The notes: a model not told the origin generated them from the sequence alone. Positions 19,266-28,836 are shown, numbered from the stretch's first letter. The stretch: 64,000 nt of DNA from Candidatus Binatia bacterium (GCA_046757725.1 JBHHYU010000005.1:4947-68946), one strand, 5' to 3'. Translations and numbers: made by a program.

Positions 19266-21530
19266 ATGGCTGAATATCAAACCTGGAAAGAAAAACTGGC
19301 GGGCCACCTTTCCCCAGACCTCGCCCATGAGATTGATATCTTTGAGACCCAGATTGAACTACGAAAGCAGGGGAAACTTGATGAAAGGGTCTTTGCCGAG
19401 ACTCGGTTGCGCCGCGGCGTCTACGGACAGCGCTACGACAACGGACAGCGGCACGACGGGAAGCGTGTACAGAAACTTAAATTGCCCTCTGGAGAGCGAA
19501 CAAAGGGGCCTGAAACCGTCTGGGATGCCCCAGGCATGATGCGGATCAAAGTCCCCTTTGGAGGGCTAAATCCGGAACAGATGGATACTCTGGCGGATCT
19601 GTCGGAGGAGTATTCTGATGGCGTTGCCCATGTTACAACCCGTCAGGATATTCAGTACCACTACGTCCACGTCGAGGATACGCCGTCACTAATGCGCCGT
19701 CTTGCCGAAGTCGGGATCACTACCAGAGAGGCCTGCGGTAACGTGGTCCGCAATGTAACGGCATGTCCCATTGCCGGGGTCTGCAAGGGTGAGGTTTTTG
19801 ATGTGACACCCTATGCTAAGGCCTGCTCAAATTTCTTATTGGGGCATCCGGATACCCAAGATTTCGGGCGCAAGTTTAAAATCGCTTTTTCGGGTTGCAA
19901 GGATGAGGCATGTGGGCTTGCGAACATGCATGATGCCGGTGCCATTGCGAGGACGAGGGTTATAGACGGTAAAGAGCGGCGCGGTTTTGAATTCTATGTT
20001 GGTGGCGGCCTGGGCGCTGTACCGCGCAAGGCTAAACTTTTTGATGAATTCCTGCCGGCTGAAGAGCTGTTACCGACCTTGCAGGCCATAGCGAGGATTT
20101 TCGCTCGTCTAGGGGAAAAACGCAATCGAGCACGCGCGCGTCTCAAATTCTTGGTCGGTCATCTGGGGATTGAAGAATTTCGGAGGATCGTAGGGGAAGA
20201 ACGCCAAAAGCTCGATGTCGACCCTCGATGGACTGACTTTCTTTCCGGTGTTGATGAAGTTACCGAGGAACCTCTAAAAAAAGGAGTAGCTTTAAACGGT
20301 ACAGCACATCCCAAAGGATTTGATGCGTGGGTCGGCACCAACGTTTATCATCAGAAACAGACCGATTATGTCGTGGCAACCGTCACTTTGCCATTGGGAG
20401 ATATCACGGCTATCCAATTGCGGGGACTTGCGGACGTCGCTCGGCGGTTTGTCAAGGATGCCGTACGGACAACGGTAGAACAAAACATGGTCCTACGATG
20501 GGTTAGTGAAGCCGATCTCCCTGAACTGTATCGCGCCCTTGAAAAACTAGATCTTGGGGAAGCCAACGCCGGGACTATTGTGGATGTCACAGCCTGCCCG
20601 GGCACGGATACCTGTAAATTGGGCATAGCATCATCTCGGGGACTCGCCAGAGAGCTTCGTCTCCGGCTGGCTGAAAAAAGCCTACAGTTGAACCAGGCGG
20701 TAAAGAATTTACGGATTAAGGTCAGCGGATGTTTCAACTCGTGCGGGCATCACCACCTCGCTGATATCGGCTTTTACGGCATCAGTAGAAATTTTAATGG
20801 ATATGCCGTGCCTCACTTCCAGGTGATGTTGGGTGGAATGTGGCGAGATAATGCCGGCGCCTATGGACTCGCTTCGGGAGCGGTCCCGTCCAAGCGAATA
20901 CCTGATGTGGTCCTTAGGGTCACGGAACGCTACATTCGGGATCGTCTGAAGGGTGAGAATTTTAAGGAATTCATCGATAGGATCGGTAAGAGGCGGGTCA
21001 AGGACATGCTGGAGGATCTTGCCAAGATCCCTTCTCACGAAGTAGACGATTCCTTTTACAGTGATTGGGGGGATCCGCGCGAATTTACGCTCACGGATAT
21101 GGGCACAGGAGAGTGCGCAGGGGAGGTGGTTTCTCAAGCACAGTTTACCCTGGCCGCGAGCGAACGTGAACTTTTCGAATCGCAGATACAACTGGACAGT
21201 GGGAATTGCAAGAACGCTATTCGGACAGCTTATACCTCGATGTTACATGCCGCTCAAGGGCTTATTAAGGTGCAAGTCAATGATGTTTCGGATGATGAAG
21301 AGGCGATCCTAGCTGAATTTCGCGAACGGTTCTGCAATACAAAACTCTTTTATGACAGATTCGCCGGCAGCAAATTTGCGGATTTTATTTTCAAGGCAAA
21401 AGACGTGCGAAAGAGTAACGGCGACGACGGCTGGGAATTGGCCCGTCAACGTATTGAGGAGGCACAGCTATTCATTGACGCAGCACATAACTGCTATAGC
21501 CGGCTCCAAAGTGGAGTTGCTCAACAATGA
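19266..21530 (+). CDS. sir: Ferredoxin-dependent sulfite reductase (siroheme/[4Fe-4S], assimilatory) with C-terminal extension
   Basis: Nitrite/sulfite reductase ferredoxin-like half domains. Siroheme-[4Fe-4S] cysteine motifs CPGTDTC and SGCFNSCGHHHL. The start was set at MAEYQ, which is preceded by a GGAG ribosome-binding site. The last ~160 residues are an extra domain. Confidence 0.8.
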   Translation: MAEYQTWKEKLAGHLSPDLAHEIDIFETQIELRKQGKLDERVFAETRLRRGVYGQRYDNGQRHDGKRVQKLKLPSGERTKGPETVWDAPGMMRIKVPFGGLNPEQMDTLADLSEEYSDGVAHVTTRQDIQYHYVHVEDTPSLMRRLAEVGITTREACGNVVRNVTACPIAGVCKGEVFDVTPYAKACSNFLLGHPDTQDFGRKFKIAFSGCKDEACGLANMHDAGAIARTRVIDGKERRGFEFYVGGGLGAVPRKAKLFDEFLPAEELLPTLQAIARIFARLGEKRNRARARLKFLVGHLGIEEFRRIVGEERQKLDVDPRWTDFLSGVDEVTEEPLKKGVALNGTAHPKGFDAWVGTNVYHQKQTDYVVATVTLPLGDITAIQLRGLADVARRFVKDAVRTTVEQNMVLRWVSEADLPELYRALEKLDLGEANAGTIVDVTACPGTDTCKLGIASSRGLARELRLRLAEKSLQLNQAVKNLRIKVSGCFNSCGHHHLADIGFYGISRNFNGYAVPHFQVMLGGMWRDNAGAYGLASGAVPSKRIPDVVLRVTERYIRDRLKGENFKEFIDRIGKRRVKDMLEDLAKIPSHEVDDSFYSDWGDPREFTLTDMGTGECAGEVVSQAQFTLAASERELFESQIQLDSGNCKNAIRTAYTSMLHAAQGLIKVQVNDVSDDEEAILAEFRERFCNTKLFYDRFAGSKFADFIFKAKDVRKSNGDDGWELARQRIEEAQLFIDAAHNCYSRLQSGVAQQ

Positions 21531-21544
21531 TGATACGGTGACAG

Positions 21545-22135
21545 ATGGATCTACAGAAAATTAATATTAAACTCCCCGTCAAGGGAGGCGGCGAGCTGCC
21601 TCTGAAAGCGTTCATCCCCATTTTCAATGCATGGATACAGGCTTCGGACGGCTATTACTATGACCTGGCCGATTACAGTCACATGCCAACGGGCCCCGGG
21701 CTGGTTTTGGTCGCCGATGAGGCAAATTTCAGCCTTGATCAAACCGATAAACAACTAGGGCTTCTGTACAACAGGAAGAGACCTATGAAAGGATCGAACG
21801 GCGAGAAGCTTCTTTCCGCCTTCAGGTCGGCGCTCCAAAACTGCCGTAGACTGGAGGACGAACCAGCTCTCGGCGGGAGGTTTAAATTTTGGAGTAATGA
21901 GGCACTCGTGTTTATAAACGATAGACTCCGCGCACCGAACACTGAAGACACGTTTCGTACCGTTAAACCGGAACTCGAGAAATTGGGACAAATCCTATAT
22001 GGGGGGGCGGAGTTCGCTGTGCAGAAAGAGAATGATCTAAAGAGACGGTTCGGCGTCCGGCTGAAGACCGCAGCTTTTTTTGAGGCCGGAACACTGCTGG
22101 AAAATATCGAATCGGCCGGTGGTAGTGTTCAATAG
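21545..22135 (+). CDS. Hypothetical protein, possibly conserved, in the sulfur-assimilation operon
   Basis: 196 aa, with no recognisable motifs. It is wedged between the sulfite reductase homologue and the APS/PAPS reductase gene. Confidence 0.4.
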   Translation: MDLQKINIKLPVKGGGELPLKAFIPIFNAWIQASDGYYYDLADYSHMPTGPGLVLVADEANFSLDQTDKQLGLLYNRKRPMKGSNGEKLLSAFRSALQNCRRLEDEPALGGRFKFWSNEALVFINDRLRAPNTEDTFRTVKPELEKLGQILYGGAEFAVQKENDLKRRFGVRLKTAAFFEAGTLLENIESAGGSVQ

Positions 22136-22228
22136 GCTGGTCAAGTGAGGTATTTTTTTTAGATAAAAAGTAATTTAACCGATAAAGATTCTTAATTAAA
22201 GTATAAAATAACCTGAGGAGGATTTAGG

Positions 22229-22966
22229 ATGACATTTGCCGCGAAAATCGATGGCTGGGAAGCCGGCGCTGGTGAGTTGGAACGTTTAACGGCTCAAGAG
22301 CTTCTGCAATGGGGTTTAGCAACCTTCCAACCGAGAATCGCTTTTGCTTGTTCGTTCCAGGCGGAAGAGTCTGTGGTGATGGATATGATGTACCGCCTAA
22401 ACGGTTCGGACTTCCGTGTGTTTACATTAGACACCGGGCGGCTGCCTCAGGAGACCTATGACTGCATGGACTCGATTCGGGAACGTTACGGTATCGACAT
22501 CGAGGTGTTATTCCCGGATGCTACCCGAGTCGAAGATATGACGCGACGCCACGGGCTTAACCCCTTTTACAAGACTGTTGAGTTGCGCAAAATGTGCTGC
22601 CGTATCCGAAAGGTGGAGCCCCTGAATCGCGCGTTGAAAGACTTGGACGCTTGGATCACCGGTCTCCGCCGCCGGCAGGCGGTTACTCGGACGGACCTCC
22701 GGAAGGTGGATAGTGATAGGGACCACGGAGGTATTGTCAAGCTCAATCCACTAGCTGATTGGACCGAAAAGCAGGTCTGGGATTACATTAACGAGAATCA
22801 GGTTCCTTATAATAAGCTCCATGACCATGGATTTCCCAGCATTGGCTGTGCTCCTTGTACTCGGGCCGTCAAGCCGGGTGAGGATATCCGGGCGGGAAGA
22901 TGGTGGTGGGAAAGCCCCGAGTTGAAGGAATGCGGGCTACATGTGGTTGCTAAGACAAAGGAGTGA
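22229..22966 (+). CDS. cysH: Adenylyl-sulfate (APS)/PAPS reductase, thioredoxin-dependent, Fe-S containing type
   Basis: 245 aa. PAPS-reductase fold with a CC pair (MCCRIRK), a CAPC motif (SIGCAPCT) and C-terminal KECGLH. Confidence 0.8.
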   Translation: MTFAAKIDGWEAGAGELERLTAQELLQWGLATFQPRIAFACSFQAEESVVMDMMYRLNGSDFRVFTLDTGRLPQETYDCMDSIRERYGIDIEVLFPDATRVEDMTRRHGLNPFYKTVELRKMCCRIRKVEPLNRALKDLDAWITGLRRRQAVTRTDLRKVDSDRDHGGIVKLNPLADWTEKQVWDYINENQVPYNKLHDHGFPSIGCAPCTRAVKPGEDIRAGRWWWESPELKECGLHVVAKTKE

Positions 22967-23156
22967 AGAATGACGATAGTGGACTGATAGCTCCTCACGG
23001 CGGACAGTTGCTTTCAGCCCAGGACGGAACGTTTTTGCCTGAGGAACACTCTTTTTAATCGCTACGGGTTAATTTCCCGCAGCTTGCTGCGGGGTAATTC
23101 ATGGGAGAGCCGATAGGACCTTGACCATATGGTTGTATAAGTTTTAAAGTGAATAC

Positions 23157-23459
23157 ATGAGCGAGCAGAACGAAAATCAAGTACCTCCGGAGGAAATAGA
23201 TCTCTTCCATCACGGAGTGATCACTAAACTCTTTCCAAGCAACGATATGGGACTGATTCGGACAGAAGGAGGCCGGGAGGTTCCGTTCTCATTCCAGTTA
23301 GTGGTTCTTTTGGGAAAGGACACAAAACCCAATGAGCTTAAGGAAGGGGAAAAAGTCGGTTATGACCTTGGGTGGACCTCTCATGGCCTTAGGGTAATAA
23401 AGATTAAAACCTACCCGGATTCGCTATCCGGCGAACCGCCTTCTGGTTTAAAACGGTAG
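23157..23459 (+). CDS. Hypothetical protein
   Basis: 100-aa ORF preceded by an extended palindrome. No recognisable motifs. Confidence 0.3.
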   Translation: MSEQNENQVPPEEIDLFHHGVITKLFPSNDMGLIRTEGGREVPFSFQLVVLLGKDTKPNELKEGEKVGYDLGWTSHGLRVIKIKTYPDSLSGEPPSGLKR

Positions 23460-24287
23460 GGAACTTAACGCTAGAATTCGTCTTCCGAGCATCTCCCCCA
23501 CGAAAACCCCGAGAAGGGAAATGTAGAATAGCCCCGTGGCCGCCATTGTGTGGGGTATCTTCAAAGTTTGCCATATTAAATAAGCTAGGACCAGCGCTCC
23601 ACCCTGGGCAACCGACAGGCGGATCAGGAGAAGCGTAAAATGATCATTCCAGATCGTTTGCAGGCCCATGACCGTCCTTGGATTCCCAAAAAGATAGAGG
23701 AGCAACGGCAGAAACAGAAAGAAAATACTCTGGATAATCAGTGCAATAACAAAAAACTTAAAAACCCTGATAAACGGCTCAATACTTTGGCCAGTGTCGA
23801 TGAGATACCAGTGGCCGATCAGCATGCCGACCGTCACGCTCCCTAAAAGGAGCGCAGACAGTAAAAAGCTGACAGGATAAAGAAAGGTTTCTACAGACCA
23901 GAATGGTGCCTGGTAAAAACTATGGGAACTCAGGGAAAGACCGGCCACCCCCACCAATAGAGAGATAGAAAATATTCGAGCCCTGAGCAGGATATATTCT
24001 CCCCAGAGAGAATAAAGGTAAAGACCAAAACATAGAACATAAAACAGATAGATAACGATTTCGAGTCTGATGCCGAGACTGATGCCACTAAGGTTAGATT
24101 CGCGATAGAGCTCTGCTTTCCCCAACAGTCCCAAAAGGCTCAGTACGAAAAGGACTCCTACGGTTGATTTGTAAAATCCGCGTTCCAGCTTATGGAACGG
24201 AGTGGCTGCAATAACGAACAACCCTCCCAGGGAAATCTGATAGAAGAGGAGCAAAAAACTACTTGGAAATCCATGCATGGTGATCAA
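23448..24287 (-). CDS. Polytopic integral membrane protein of unknown function
   Basis: 279 aa, about 8 hydrophobic helices. Lies in an apparent operon with the UbiE-like methyltransferase and polyprenyl synthase genes. Confidence 0.4.
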   Translation of the reverse strand: MITMHGFPSSFLLLFYQISLGGLFVIAATPFHKLERGFYKSTVGVLFVLSLLGLLGKAELYRESNLSGISLGIRLEIVIYLFYVLCFGLYLYSLWGEYILLRARIFSISLLVGVAGLSLSSHSFYQAPFWSVETFLYPVSFLLSALLLGSVTVGMLIGHWYLIDTGQSIEPFIRVFKFFVIALIIQSIFFLFLPLLLYLFGNPRTVMGLQTIWNDHFTLLLIRLSVAQGGALVLAYLIWQTLKIPHTMAATGLFYISLLGVFVGEMLGRRILALSSLPF

Positions 24288-25063
24288 GCCTGCTTTGCCT
24301 GCAAGAGCGGCTTTTCACCCACATGGAGGCAGATGGCCCCCCGGAGAAATTTGCGGACTTTTACGCGATCGAGACCCGCTTGCCGGATGAGTCCGGCAAT
24401 CGTTTCCGGAGGATCAAACCTTCGAACCGAATCCGAAAGGTACTGGTAGGCCTTACGGTCATAAGCCAAGCCTGCACCGATCCAGGGAACCATACGGTAA
24501 AAGTAGAGTGAATAGAGTACGGAAAAAGGAAAACCCTTGGGCGGGAACATGTCAAGAGTGACGACTCGTCCCCCAGGCTTCAGAAGACGATAGGCCTGGT
24601 GGAAGAAGAGATTAAGATTGGTGATGTTCCGCAAGACAAAAGCACTCATAATCGCATCGAAAGTTTCGTCTTTAAACGGGGGCACGAGCGCGCTTCCTTG
24701 GAGGTATACGATGCTATGCCCATGGGGGCTTCGATCTCTTTTTGCCCGTGCGAGTCGGAGCATCTCCGGAGAAAAATCCAGCCCGACCATTAGCGCGTTT
24801 TCACTTATTTCCCGGGCAGCCATGAGAGCAAGATCGCCCGTACCTGTCCCGAGGTCTAAAAAAAAACGCTCGTTACTCTTAAGGGCCAGTACCCCCAGAA
24901 GTTTTTTTCTCCAGAAGGTATCTAAATGAAAACTAATTACGCGATTAAGCAAATCATAGCGCCGAGCGATACGGTCAAATAGTTCTTGAACTAAACGTTC
25001 GCGCTGATCCTGGGGCAAAACCATAACGGCTAGCTGCCGGGTCTGAGCGGCAAGACGGAACAA
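24284..25063 (-). CDS. ubiE: Demethylmenaquinone/ubiquinone methyltransferase (UbiE/MenG family)
   Basis: 259 aa. Class I methyltransferase motif LDLGTGTGDLAL. Adjacent to a polyprenyl diphosphate synthase gene. Confidence 0.65.
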   Translation of the reverse strand: MFRLAAQTRQLAVMVLPQDQRERLVQELFDRIARRYDLLNRVISFHLDTFWRKKLLGVLALKSNERFFLDLGTGTGDLALMAAREISENALMVGLDFSPEMLRLARAKRDRSPHGHSIVYLQGSALVPPFKDETFDAIMSAFVLRNITNLNLFFHQAYRLLKPGGRVVTLDMFPPKGFPFSVLYSLYFYRMVPWIGAGLAYDRKAYQYLSDSVRRFDPPETIAGLIRQAGLDRVKVRKFLRGAICLHVGEKPLLQAKQA

Positions 25064-25093
25064 TAACGCATGAAAGAGAGTTTCCTAATGCCG

Positions 25094-26137
25094 TTAAAAA
25101 GTTCTTTGGGCAATTAGCTGTACCAAGGTGTTAAGACCGTCTGAATAGAATGATGGCGGAAGCTTTCGGATCGCCTGATACGCCAGGTCCGCATAGGTTT
25201 TAGAAAACGTTCTGGCCTGACGGATCGCTGGCCCCTGGACCATAGCCTCGATGGCCTCCCGAATGTGTTCGTTCGTAGGATGGTCGCATTCGAAGGCTTC
25301 TGAGACCGCTCTATCGCCTTCGTTTAAAGCTAATATGATGGGGAGAGAGGGGTTGCCGTCTCGGAGATCCATTCCGGTGGGTTTACCCAAAAGTTCTTTG
25401 TGACCGATCACGTCTAATACGTCATCGATCACCTGAAAAGCGATTCCCAAGTTTAAACCTAACTGTGCCATCTCGTCGACTACGGATGGACTGGCGCCGG
25501 CCAGATAGGCTCCCACCCTGGCGCCGGTTTGAAATAGAGAGGCAGTTTTTCGCCTGACAATCTCGAGATAATCTTGAACCGTCACCTTCCTATTTCGGCT
25601 GAAGGAACCTTGCAGGATTTCTCCTTCCGTCAAATGGGCGCAGGCTTCAGCCGTCCACTGAACCACCGTATCGTCAAACTTGCCTGCAAATTCGAAGGCC
25701 TTAATGAAAAGAAAATCTCCAGTTACTAAGGTAGCCTTTAAACCAAACTTCTTGTAGGCGGAGTCCTTGCCACGCCGGATCTCAGCACCGTCGATAATGT
25801 CATCGTGGAGCAACGTTGCGGTATGGATAAGCTCGATAGCCGTAGCGATATCAACGATCTCCTCTACCCTTTCTCCTCCAAAGAGTTTGAAGGCGAGCAA
25901 GGTAAGCATGGGGCGGACTCTCTTTCCGCCGCCAAAGATGAGATGCGAAGAGATATTCGTCAGGGCGGGCTCAGCCGAACGGACAGAGCACTTTAGATTT
26001 TGTTCTACTAATTCCAACTCTCCGGCGACACAAACAAAGGGGTCAGCGGCACCGGCAAGGGCCGGCATCTTATTGATCGTGTGTGCCAAGAAAGGTGGAA
26101 TTGAAGTTTTGCTTTTCTGGATCAGAATGAACTCCAT
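25094..26137 (-). CDS. Polyprenyl diphosphate synthase (hepta/octaprenyl-PP synthase family)
   Basis: First DDxxD motif (LLHDDIIDGAEIRRG) and second (VIDDVLDVIG). Confidence 0.75.
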   Translation of the reverse strand: MEFILIQKSKTSIPPFLAHTINKMPALAGAADPFVCVAGELELVEQNLKCSVRSAEPALTNISSHLIFGGGKRVRPMLTLLAFKLFGGERVEEIVDIATAIELIHTATLLHDDIIDGAEIRRGKDSAYKKFGLKATLVTGDFLFIKAFEFAGKFDDTVVQWTAEACAHLTEGEILQGSFSRNRKVTVQDYLEIVRRKTASLFQTGARVGAYLAGASPSVVDEMAQLGLNLGIAFQVIDDVLDVIGHKELLGKPTGMDLRDGNPSLPIILALNEGDRAVSEAFECDHPTNEHIREAIEAMVQGPAIRQARTFSKTYADLAYQAIRKLPPSFYSDGLNTLVQLIAQRTF

Positions 26138-26253
26138 TAATGCTCGAGGGTTATCGGCAAAATGGCATAGATCCGGCTATAGTTCAAGCCGAATCTCAGT
26201 TGAAGCCGGCCGCCGGCTTGTGGTAGTAACAGCGGTGGAGGGGTGCCTGGCGC

Positions 26254-26961
26254 GTGGAAGCCCGCTGGGGCGACTTGAAGGAGACACAGAGTATTTTGAG
26301 CTCAACACGGCACATTCCTATTTTTCCGTTGCCCAACGTCGTCCTTTTTCCCAAGGTTCATCTTCCTTTACATATTTTCGAGCCGCGCTACCGGCAGATG
26401 GTTAAAGATGCAATGATCGCTCAAGGGATGATCGGAATGGCGTTGTTGCGGGGAAACTGGACGAAGACCTATCATGAAAATCCGGAGATTTATTCCGTGG
26501 GGTGCATGGGAGAGATTGTTAAAGCTACACCTTTTCCTGACGGTCGATATAATATTGTTCTTTTCGGGGTGCAGGAGTTCATGATTCAGGAACATATTCT
26601 TGATGACACGCCTTATCGCCAGGCCAGGGTGGTGCTCCGAGAGGAGCCGGCGGCGTCGGAAAAGATCCTTCCAGGTTCGCTAAAAAAAGAAATCCTAGTT
26701 CTCCTGGGACGGGCGTTAGAAGAAAAAGAATCAGGTTTAATAAAGATTTTAGCAGACCCTTCTCTAGAGGGAACAACATGGTTAAACCTCTGTTGTTTTT
26801 CTCTCAATCTTCCAACTCTGGAAAAACAAAGTCTTCTCGAGGCCAAATCCCTAGAGGAGCGGGCGAACTATCTCCTGAATGTGCTTCATTTCAGAGTCGC
26901 CGAAAGGGTGACCCCTTTCCAAGGCCTTCTGGAGCCCAAAGGAGGAAAAACTCCCCATTAG
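26254..26961 (+). CDS. Lon protease N-terminal substrate-binding domain protein
   Basis: IPIFPLPNVVLFPKVHLPLHIFEPRYRQM is typical of the LON N-terminal domain. No ATPase or protease domain. Confidence 0.65.
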   Translation: MEARWGDLKETQSILSSTRHIPIFPLPNVVLFPKVHLPLHIFEPRYRQMVKDAMIAQGMIGMALLRGNWTKTYHENPEIYSVGCMGEIVKATPFPDGRYNIVLFGVQEFMIQEHILDDTPYRQARVVLREEPAASEKILPGSLKKEILVLLGRALEEKESGLIKILADPSLEGTTWLNLCCFSLNLPTLEKQSLLEAKSLEERANYLLNVLHFRVAERVTPFQGLLEPKGGKTPH

Positions 26962-27546
26962 GTATCCAGGGGAGCCCTGCCTGACCTCTCTTTCGCTGTG
27001 TAGAGAGTTCCACCTCTATACAGCAATGCCGCATTCCTACCGGATTTTAGTGAATATCGAGCTCTTTTCCTCCCCTCTCCATTAAAAAGTATGGTGCTCC
27101 TGTTAGACACAGGGGGCCCGCTCCTCAGTGGGAGCCGATAGACCTGTACTCCTCTGCCCATAAGCACTTAACCTGTGAGATTCATTTCCCTCAAGTCTCT
27201 TTAGAGTCGGCCGTCTCCCTCTCTTCGGAGCAGTCCCCCTGCGCCGTGCACCCATGCGTACGGTTCCGAGGGAGGAAACCTGGAGGTTTGAGGCACAGGG
27301 ACGTGGGGGTTGGAGGCAGGCCCAGGCCGTTGGAGAGCTCAGCCGAAGGGGACGGGAGGGTAGCCGTCGAGGCACAGCCTTATTGACTCAGGCCGGAAGG
27401 TTTTCTCCTGAGGAACCACACTTCTTACGGTAGAGCTCTTTTTCCCTTGACAACTAGGGGCTTACGTTAATATAAAAATCAACTTAGGCAGCAGGATTTA
27501 CCCATCTCATAAGTTTGGCAAAGGCAAATTCTAAGGAGGGCGGATT

Positions 27547-28248
27547 ATGGAACTCTATCTATTCATATTGCGGTGGATTCATTTTCTAGCTGGCATTACC
27601 TGGATTGGGATTTTGTACTATTTCAATTTTATCCAAACGCCGTTTTTTGGAGAAACTGAAGCACCGGTGAGGAGCGCCGCGGTCCAAAAACTCGTGCCCC
27701 GGGCTCTCTGGTGGTTCCGATGGGGCGCGATGTTTACTCTCATAGCAGGGCTACTCATTTATCTTCAGAAAGTCCATGACCAGGGCGGGGCGGATTTTTA
27801 TACGTCTTCCTATGGGCTGGCGATCACAACCGGGGGTCTTATGGGAGTTCTCATGTGGGCCAATGTATGGATGGTGATCTGGCCGAAGCAACAGGTCGTG
27901 ATCGCATCGGCCACCCAAGTAGCGCAGGGAGGGCAAGCTATTCCCGAGGCTGCCCCGTATGGTAAGAGGGCATCTCTAGCCTCCCGGACCAACACTCTTT
28001 TCTCCATTCCGATGCTTTTTTACATGGGTGCTGCGAGCCACTATAACCTAGTCGGGGCCGGCGCGACGGCAGGGTCCTCCGCCCTGATGCTTATTCTGGC
28101 AGCCGTGATCATAGTAGCAGTGGAGATCAATTGCCTCATCGGCACGGAGGGCGCAACAAAAAAGCCCTTGGGCTCCGTCTCCGGGACCATTTGGGCCGGG
28201 TTTATTCTTGCAGCCGTTCTCTATTTACTCTTCTATCTAATTTTCTGA
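27547..28248 (+). CDS. Integral membrane protein, HemJ/CopD-like helix motif (H-x3-G-x3-W-x-G-x-L-Y)
   Basis: 233 aa. First helix IHFLAGITWIGILYY resembles the HemJ/UPF0093 signature. The assignment is tentative. Confidence 0.3.
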   Translation: MELYLFILRWIHFLAGITWIGILYYFNFIQTPFFGETEAPVRSAAVQKLVPRALWWFRWGAMFTLIAGLLIYLQKVHDQGGADFYTSSYGLAITTGGLMGVLMWANVWMVIWPKQQVVIASATQVAQGGQAIPEAAPYGKRASLASRTNTLFSIPMLFYMGAASHYNLVGAGATAGSSALMLILAAVIIVAVEINCLIGTEGATKKPLGSVSGTIWAGFILAAVLYLLFYLIF

Positions 28249-28255
28249 GATCTTT

Positions 28256-28600
28256 TCAGGGAGATGAATTGAGAAAAGCTGCAAGGTCAGGGATCGTAGA
28301 CTTCAGATACGGCTTGGCACGCATCAGCGAGCTTTTTCGTTTGGGGGAGTAGCCCGTAGGATAACCGGCCCGGAGAACCCTTGCCTCAATCAGAGTCTTT
28401 GAAGACCCTTTGATGGCGGGACCGGTCACTCCAGGCCTGGAGGGGTTTGTGTTGTGACACGTAGTGCAGTTTGCCAGGTAGACGCGTCTACCGCGGGCGG
28501 CATCCGGTGCCCGTGCCTTATCTGTCTGTGTCGTGGAATTTTTGGAGCACGCACTGAGAAAAATTACAAGGTACAATACAACTGGCCAACGTAAATGCAT
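28256..28600 (-). CDS. c-type cytochrome (class I), probable lipoprotein
   Basis: 114 aa. Signal peptide with a lipobox (LSAC), a single CTTCH heme-binding motif, and a distal Met region. Confidence 0.65.
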   Translation of the reverse strand: MHLRWPVVLYLVIFLSACSKNSTTQTDKARAPDAARGRRVYLANCTTCHNTNPSRPGVTGPAIKGSSKTLIEARVLRAGYPTGYSPKRKSSLMRAKPYLKSTIPDLAAFLNSSP

Positions 28601-28836
28601 ATGAGTTAGTAATTTAAAGGGTACTTAACTACAACGGGTTGAAAGTCTGCAATCTTCAACAGCGCCTAATCCTACCTCAGCTGATCTTTTTCTCTCCCTT
28701 AAAGATTTTGATCCGTCGCTAGCCCGTGTGTAGCACATTGGGAAACTACGGTTCTCCGTTGCCGTGGATTATTGGGGAATGGCACGCAATCGTTAGAGAA
28801 ATTTCAGCAGCTATGATAAATAAAATGTATTAAAAA

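Noticed and set aside
22136-22228. Possible terminator after the 196-aa hypothetical gene (T-run tatttttttt)
   Set aside because: The preceding sequence does not form a convincing GC-rich stem. It is more likely just AT-rich spacer ahead of the cysH ribosome-binding site.
27103-27375. Minus-strand 90-aa and 69-aa Arg-rich ORFs in the same region
   Set aside because: Extreme Arg/Pro bias is typical of a GC-rich non-coding frame. There is no ribosome-binding site and no motifs.
26962-27546. Possible RNase P RNA, tmRNA or SRP RNA in the long GC-rich intergenic region
   Set aside because: I looked on both strands for the RNase P P4 core (GGAAAGUCCGGGCUCC), a tmRNA tRNA-like end and the SRP domain-IV motif. 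None is present, so only a generic structured-RNA possibility is retained.
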